The position numbers were made by a program, and so were the translations under genes. Below, one piece after another: positions 56,696-64,000 of a DNA stretch of 64,000 nt; the stretch's first letter is position 1; each line of letters begins with the position of its first letter. Source of the stretch: Octopus vulgaris (Eukaryota); NCBI GenBank assembly GCA_951406725.2, contig OX597822.1, forward strand, positions 7,192,001 through 7,256,000, given 5' to 3'. Below the pieces are notes generated by a model. It made no database searches. It was given only the letters and a program-made list of their open reading frames with translations, and was not told the DNA's origin.

Positions 56696-59067
56696 TACCT
56701 ATCTACTTAACTACATACATACGTGCATGCATACAATCTAAAATATATTCCTTTTTCACAAAGCTACGATGCGTCTCCATATCCAGAGAATGGATCGATG
56801 AGCTAATAGCCATCTGATGCCACATTTCTTTACACTAAAGTATTGGTCTATGAAATCAGTGCAAATAGACGGAAATACAGAGTTGCTTTGATAAAATGGC
56901 TGAAGTCTTGTAACACGGAACACTAGTTGCAGATTTTAACCAAAGCTCTAAATGTAATTCAGTATCTCATACCAGTAATGTACGTATATTTTATAAGGTT
57001 AAATATATGAAAAGGAGGAGAGATGACTTAATTGTAGCAAACACCTTAAGGGTACCGATCACAATGAAATTAACTATATCTGATTTAATTTACGTTCTCT
57101 TCATCAGCACACGAGTAGTGTGTTTTACGTACGAAATTTGAGAAGGCAAGAATCTCTGTATGAGGCGGTTAAATTTCTAGAATGCGTTTTGTAGGCTCCA
57201 GCTCTTCTCTCCTGTTAGCAAGATATAGGGAAAATTAGGAAACACAAAATCGCATCAGAAACGGAAATATAACTGAATGATATCAACGATAATTCACATA
57301 GCGAAAATGGAAGATAATGCATGAATTTTAAGCAAAGGAAGAAAGGCAGATAGAAATAAATTGAAAAATAATGGAAACAAGGAAGAACAATTTATATAAT
57401 AAATATGTGGATAAATTGAATTGAACGGATCTGATCGAAAATAAATAAATCGTATAATAAAATACTGGGAAATTGTAGAAAATCGAATGAGTTGTAAGAA
57501 GCATTAATTAAGCCCGAACAAATACAAAAGAGACAGAATGAAAATAGTCAAGAAATACTAGTATTAGTATTAATATTAGTAGTAATAATAATTAATATTA
57601 TCATGTTAATATTATTAATAGTAATTATAATACTAACATAGCATAACAGAACTACAAAAATAAATAGATACAAGTTCCATTTATAACGGATTAATAGTTT
57701 GGTTAAAAAAGGTTTAATCATGCAGCGTCCAACTGTATGAACTTCGGTAATTCACTTGAAGCCACGTTATTACAAGTTCCACAAGTCATTTCAAATTATC
57801 AAGAAAACATAAAGTCATTTTATAATATGATTTCGTGAGGATTTCGATTAAACAAATTTTAAATAAGGAAAAATGACAAAAAGGAACAGAGTAGAGAAAT
57901 GAACGAAAGTAACTTCCCTGTAGCAATTTTAATATATCATTTTACTTGATTTTGAGAATGCAGAATTGCAGTGGGTAATTTGATATGTCACCTTAATATA
58001 GTATTGCTGTTTTAAGGGAACACTTTGCAGAACCCTCACATACAAGAAAAGATGTTATATTTAGATTGAACTAGCAGAAATTTAATTACTGGCTGCCAAA
58101 ATTTAGTTTCATTTCGAAAACTATCGCTGCAGGTGAATTTTATAATTAAAAGAAAACATTGAGAGTCAAAAACGCTGAACTCTTATTTAAAATCACCGGT
58201 ATGAAGTTAGTATTCTTGTGGCATGTCATACCCTACAGCATTTCTAAAGCACTGTACGAGATGGGTTTAGTGTGAAGTCAAGCAAATATCAATTTTTAAC
58301 AAACTGTTTCCATGGAAACTTAAAAAAAGTAATTCATGTGCAATGACGTGTACATGTTTCGATTTTAAAACTTCGATATTTGCGTATTATTGGATCGACC
58401 CAGTAGCTTTAACCTGGCTTTCTTCTTATGAGAAGAATATTAAAATATGAAGTTAGAAAATATAATTTAGATATTTTCTCAGAATTGCACATAAAGACGT
58501 TGAATCAGGACTAACAGCAGTACATACAACTAAACATGTTAATTATAAATACAGAGCGCTGCTTCCTTATATTGCAGATTCTCAAACCACATTATTACCA
58601 GTTACACAAGTCATTTCAAATTATCAAGAAAACATAAAGAGGTTTTGTAATATTTCTCTTATGCATAACATTTTGATCTGTAAGTTTTACCAACATAAGT
58701 TTGACTATTGTTATGCTTCGTTGACAATAAAATCTAAAATATGGTAAATTACAGTAACGAGCGAACGAAGGCAGATTTTACATGGCCTATTAATCTGATA
58801 AAGCAATAGAAACACCAGAAATGTCTCTCAAATTATACATTCATCAACTCAGTACGAAATAAATGTACATATTTCTAGTAATTATATGATCTCATATAAC
58901 TAAAGGTCAAGCCGTCTGGAAAGGCGTCGGATATAGAACACAGGAAATACAATATATGAATGTGCAAACATCAACTAACTGCAAAACCAGATTCATAAAC
59001 ACTAGATTTTTCTGACGTCATCTTTAATAATTCCGAGATGAGGCAAAAATCTCTATATTTTTTGTTT

Positions 59068-59292
59068 GTTTTTTTTTTTTGTTTTTCCAGTTTCAGCTCT
59101 TGAGCTGTGGCCATGCTGGGGCACCGCCATTGTGGTGAAAGAGTACAGCAGGGATCACCACCCCCTGCCGGAGCCTCGTAGAGCTTTTAGGTGTTTTCGC
59201 TCAATAAACACACACAACGCCCGGTCTGAGAATCGAAACCGCGATCCTGCGACCGCGAGTCTGCTGCCCTAACCACTAGGCCATTGCGCCTC
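59068..59292 (-). mobile_element. SINE with family C head and family A-like 3' end plus A tail
   Basis: Family C sequence to ...ctctttcaccac, then ggcggtgccccagcatggccacagc (cf. 19361-19383) and an A-rich tail. Confidence 0.7.
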
Positions 59293-59699
59293 TATATGTA
59301 TCATTAAAAATATTAAATATATACCTGAGTAAATTTTGAAATCATGAACTTGTATATGTTTATATAAAACCTCAATTATAAACATATATTCATACACACA
59401 CAGACACATGCGTGCGTTTACATCTATAGAGAGGGGGGGGGCAGAAATACACAGACACATGAAGTGTCAACATCGTAATATATTTCCAGGATTCAGATAG
59501 TAATGTAAGTATATTTTAAGTCTTTCATGCTATATTTTAAGTCTTTCCCAGTTCTTAGGCATTTTCCTTGTTAAGAGAGAGAAGTTTCCTAGTCTACATA
59601 AACTTTAACATTTGATTTGAACTGATTGAGCAGACTCCCTATTCAACTGATACGGATCCATCTGGCAATCATTTGTTCTCAGAAATGAAAAAGGAAGAA

Positions 59700-59922
59700 T
59701 TCGGCTGGAAACCAGTATCGCAGTCATTATGCCATATCTGCTGTTGATAACGTTTTGACCGGCAAGATGAACCCTGTTCTACCAATAGTTATCCAAGCAC
59801 TGCAACACCGATGGAAGAAGTGTGTGGACCGCAGTGGGAACTATGATGAAAGATAAACCTCATTTTGTCACGTTCCATGGGAGAATCCTGCTCCGCCTGG
59901 TATGTTTTCAGCCGATACTCGT
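59700..59922 (+). mobile_element. Mariner 3' remnant
   Basis: RWKKCVDRSGNYDER* followed by a TIR-like ...gatactcgTTA. Confidence 0.55.
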
Positions 59923-61384
59923 TATTATACCTATCCAAAAAGGCCAAATCGTACAGGTGTTTGCTGAAATGTTACATTTGGAAGTTTAGGAATTCCAGTT
60001 AGTTTTTCAAATCGACATCCTTACTGCTGATCCTGATTATTGTTCTCTATCTACTTTTCGACATTTAGAACTGCTATACAGAAGCAGAAAGCAAGTAGCA
60101 TCGAATCGATCGACTTTTTGCCTTTAGTGCCTGCGATATGCATATGAGAAATAAATCTATATCTCGTTTTAAAATATAGGTTTATCCTTAATTATTTTCA
60201 GGGCTTAGATATCACCAGACGAAATACCGCCAAGCATTTCGCCCGGCATGCTAACGATTCTGCCAGCTCGCCGCCGTTACTTGTATATATAATCTTACTT
60301 GTATATATAACTGTGTATATAATCTTACTTGTATATATAATTTAGTGAACATTTCTGACAACTGTGTTATGAGTCTGTAGGGAAGACATATCTAGAAACG
60401 TGTATTGGATATTAAGTATCGAATTTATTTTGTCTATGCTTCTGTAGAATTGACGTTTTGTTTCAAACAATGCTTTTAATAATTTTTGTTCTTAAATTTG
60501 TAGGAAAATATTTTGCTGCTTTTTAAGTGTCCCTTGGCTGTTTCTCGTTTATGTTTCTCGTATTTTGTTTCATTTCCTTAGGAGCAGTTTCTCAAATATC
60601 CCATCAGCATATTGTCTGTGCATTTGTAGTTTGTTAGCATTCTTTAAATTTTCAAAACTAAAATAAAGCTACTATTAAACAATATTTCCTAGTTATCTGA
60701 ATTTCTTTATTGTGTTAGTTCGCATATTGGATTTTACTTATGCAATTACTATTTTAAAATGTTCTGTATAATTTATTCATTACCTACACGGAGACTGGAG
60801 CTCTCGCCTCCTTATTAGATGTATTTTTCATTCAGACATTTTGTCTCCACTTTCTAACACAAACGTTTCGACATAAGGTAATGCTCACATTGCTTATATA
60901 AATGCTTTCAGTTTTCGTCCCATTCCTTTGTAGAGAACATTGCCGGCTTATTCACTTTGCTGATATAGTTGTTCGTGATTAGCATAGCCGTTCATGAAAT
61001 TTTAAGTTTAACATAATTCGATTGGTTTTGCAGATTCCGATTTACACTGTCTACAGATTCTACGTATACAAATACAACGAATTCTGTTAAGTGGAATAGA
61101 ATAACCTGTCGCAAGCAATAAAAGGCAAAGCTTCTATAGATAATTCATCAGCAGCTCTAGCTGTGTCCGGTTCCGTACGGTTACAAAGAAAACTTGTCTT
61201 CTTGCAAACGTCCCCCTCTTACATTTTTACTACTCGTATCAACACTAAACTTCAAAAAATGTCCTGTGATGTGGTAATGAAAATTTGTTCAATAGTAGCG
61301 AAACGGTTTTATGTTCTTTCTTAAAAAACAAATAACAAAGTGTATTTTTGCCCATGTAACAGGAATGATTTTCCTGGCAGCATT

Positions 61385-61462
61385 TAAAATGAGGCAATAA
61401 ATAGGCAATATGAGGCAAAAATGAGGCAATAAATAGGCAATATGAGGCAAAATGAGGCAATA
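61385..61462. repeat. Short tandem repeat, about 2.5 copies of AAAATGAGGCAATAAATAGGCAATATGAGGC
   Basis: Read directly from sequence. Confidence 0.85.
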
Positions 61463-64000
61463 ATCGAATATCGAAAAGGTGAACAACTGCCAAATTCGGG
61501 CTAGCTATCAATTGTCGCTCAATTTAACATTACCGTGTCATATCTGATAATTTCAGTGGAATCCACATTTGAAAGTATAGGTTCCAAAACTTGTGAATCA
61601 GTATAAATTAACGTTTCATCATTAGACCTTTGAAATGGAAACAGGTAATATAGTAAGCCATATATGATAAAATTAATATTAAAAGCATTACAGTAAATGA
61701 TGTCTCTCCTCAGAAATGAATTTTATAGTAAGTTTATTCGTGCATCGGTATATGAGCGACATCATATAGCTTTTACAGTAAAGTATTTTTATGAGGTACA
61801 ATATTTCTGGTGGAGATTTTTTCGGTTACTCAGTTCACAAATACCATTGTCGTTCATTATATAATCGATGCTATATTAAAGGGAAAAAATCTCTGAGGAT
61901 TGGCACATAAAACTGATACATAAATATGTGTTCGTTCTCGCGAATATGTATGTATACAGATATATTTCCCCGAAAGATATGAAGGATTTTTTTTCTTATT
62001 AGTTTCAGAATCGTAAGTGCGTAATTAATTTCCCTTGTTGAAAAACTAGAAATATTGTAATTCGTAGCCGTTGGGATAATTAGTTTCAAAACAGCAAATA
62101 ATATCTTTCGTAAATGCTCAACAACTGATTGTAGCGCATACCCAATGAAAATCCAGTAGTAATCTACTCAAATATTGAACTAAAACTAAATGTAACTGAT
62201 TTGATACGCAACCGTCAATAAAAATGGAATACATTCTTAATGAAATACCGAGAGGAACTCGCATGAGGTGTAGATTTTTATGCTAAGTACATAGAGATTA
62301 AGTATACACGATTCAGTGTACACTAAGTCAATTGTCAACTACTTCTCAACAACAATAAATTTAGATACGGGGATCCGTAGAATGCTAAATATTTTTTTGA
62401 ATTTTGTTAAATGGGCTGATCACCTTTATTACATGCAAAATGCTAAAACTATGACCAGAATTCAAGCATGAATTGAAGCAATTAGAATTCATGCATACAC
62501 GTTTTACATGTGTCCAGGAATACATACATACGGATATATATATATTTTCAGATTCTTTTCCTTATATATTAACTCGTACAGTAATCTACAATATATATAT
62601 ATATGTCTTAATATTATAAGAATATAAATAAGACATAAAAATCAGACAGAGTTGGAATTACTTTGAGTAATATATATATATATATACATACACACAGACA
62701 TACATATATATATAACCAAAGGAAGTTGGGGATTGCTGCACGAGTCAAAATATAAGGAAAAGAATATGAACATGTAGGAGTCTATTAGAATATTTATTAA
62801 CTAAACCGGTTTCCATTATTTAAAAAGAATTTCAAAAGTAAAGTATGAGATTTTTGTGTATGCTCTCTGCTGTCAAAAATTACTTTACGTAAATGTATAC
62901 AAATCAAGTGATAGAGTCGTTGACAATCATAAGAATAAGTTTGAAGCTTTGCATATTTTCTGTTTATGAGTCAAATAATAGTTTACATAAAAAAACATTC
63001 AGTTCAGGTAATAAAAAAGTTTACCATGATAAGAATATAAACATCAGTTTACATAAATATACACAAATCAAGTTATAGAGTTTTTGTCAAGAAGCTAAAA
63101 CGTGTCTGGTTTGGTAATCTATGGGTGCTAAAGGTTTGGTTTCTCTCTGATCCCAAAACAAATTTTTTGCAGCGTCTTAAATTGAAAAAAAAAAGGTGAG
63201 TAGAAACATAACAGATCATTTATGGTTCACGAATCTGTCTTTAGGGTCTTGCATCTGGATAGAATTTGACAATTGCTAATATTTTATACAGGAATGGTGA
63301 CTCAAACAATGATGGCAGTCAGGTGATTAAAAGATGATTCTGTTTATAAAATACTGTGGCTTAAAATTGCTTTGTCTCTAAAAACTGTGTGGGGTGTTGA
63401 TGGCATCACATGCTCAAAAGGAAGCTGATGAATGTCTAATTTCTAATAATTGCTGTGGAACTAAGAAAGGATTGTTTGATGAGCTGGTTCCGTTAACGTT
63501 CAGTAGTTCTGGCTGGGTATTTTTGGGTTTATATGTAAGACTCATAAGTAAAGAATAGCGTGTATTGCGTCTAATTGTATGCGTGTATGTAAGTGTGTGT
63601 TTTTCTGAGAAATGCGAATAGTGGTTTATGTGCGAATGTGCATGTATGAACATGTGTGCCTGTGTATGGGTGATTTAACTGTGCATGTGTGTACGTATGT
63701 TTCTACGTATGTGTGCACACGTGCGTCTGTGTGTGAGTATATATGCGTTGAGATTGTCAGGGTGCAGTGTGTGAACGTGTGTATGCATATGTGTATACGC
63801 CTGTATTTGTGTGTTATATTTATCAGGATGGTGTGTCTATGTGTGTACATGTGTACGCGTGTGTTCTATTTGTTAGGCTGCTGTGTGCGTATCTGTATGA
63901 TACGCTTGTCGGGTGGTGTGCATGTGTGCGTATCTGTGTGTATATGTGTGCCTGAATGTGCGTGTGCATGTGTCTGTTTATGTTGTGTTTCTTAGGGCAT

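Overview
This is a very AT-rich, microsatellite-dense eukaryotic window with no host protein-coding exon that I can support. The repeat complement (tRNA-derived SINEs, (TA)n/(TAA)n seas, decayed mariners, R4/Dong-, RTE- and APE-type LINE debris, non-autonomous Helitrons) looks like a coleoid cephalopod such as Octopus; this is an inference. Almost all listed ORFs are microsatellite artefacts. The one long real ORF (43293-44663, minus) is a 5'-truncated Penelope-like element (PLE; RT plus GIY-YIG with a Neptune-type Cys linker), joined head-to-head to a near-identical inverted 1.33 kb copy of its own 3' end. The most interesting signal is a set of small, sequence-unrelated elements, mostly flanked by (TA)n, that repeat this architecture in miniature. 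Most have an inverted 3' duplicate and a 3' tail on only one arm, and all carry a full or partial type I hammerhead ribozyme motif (CUGANGA/CCGANGA...GAAA...NUH). One of them has a tRNA-derived Pol III head and a 12-bp target-site duplication, making it a candidate PLE-mobilised, ribozyme-bearing SINE. All folds and alignments were done by eye, and most boundaries are approximate.
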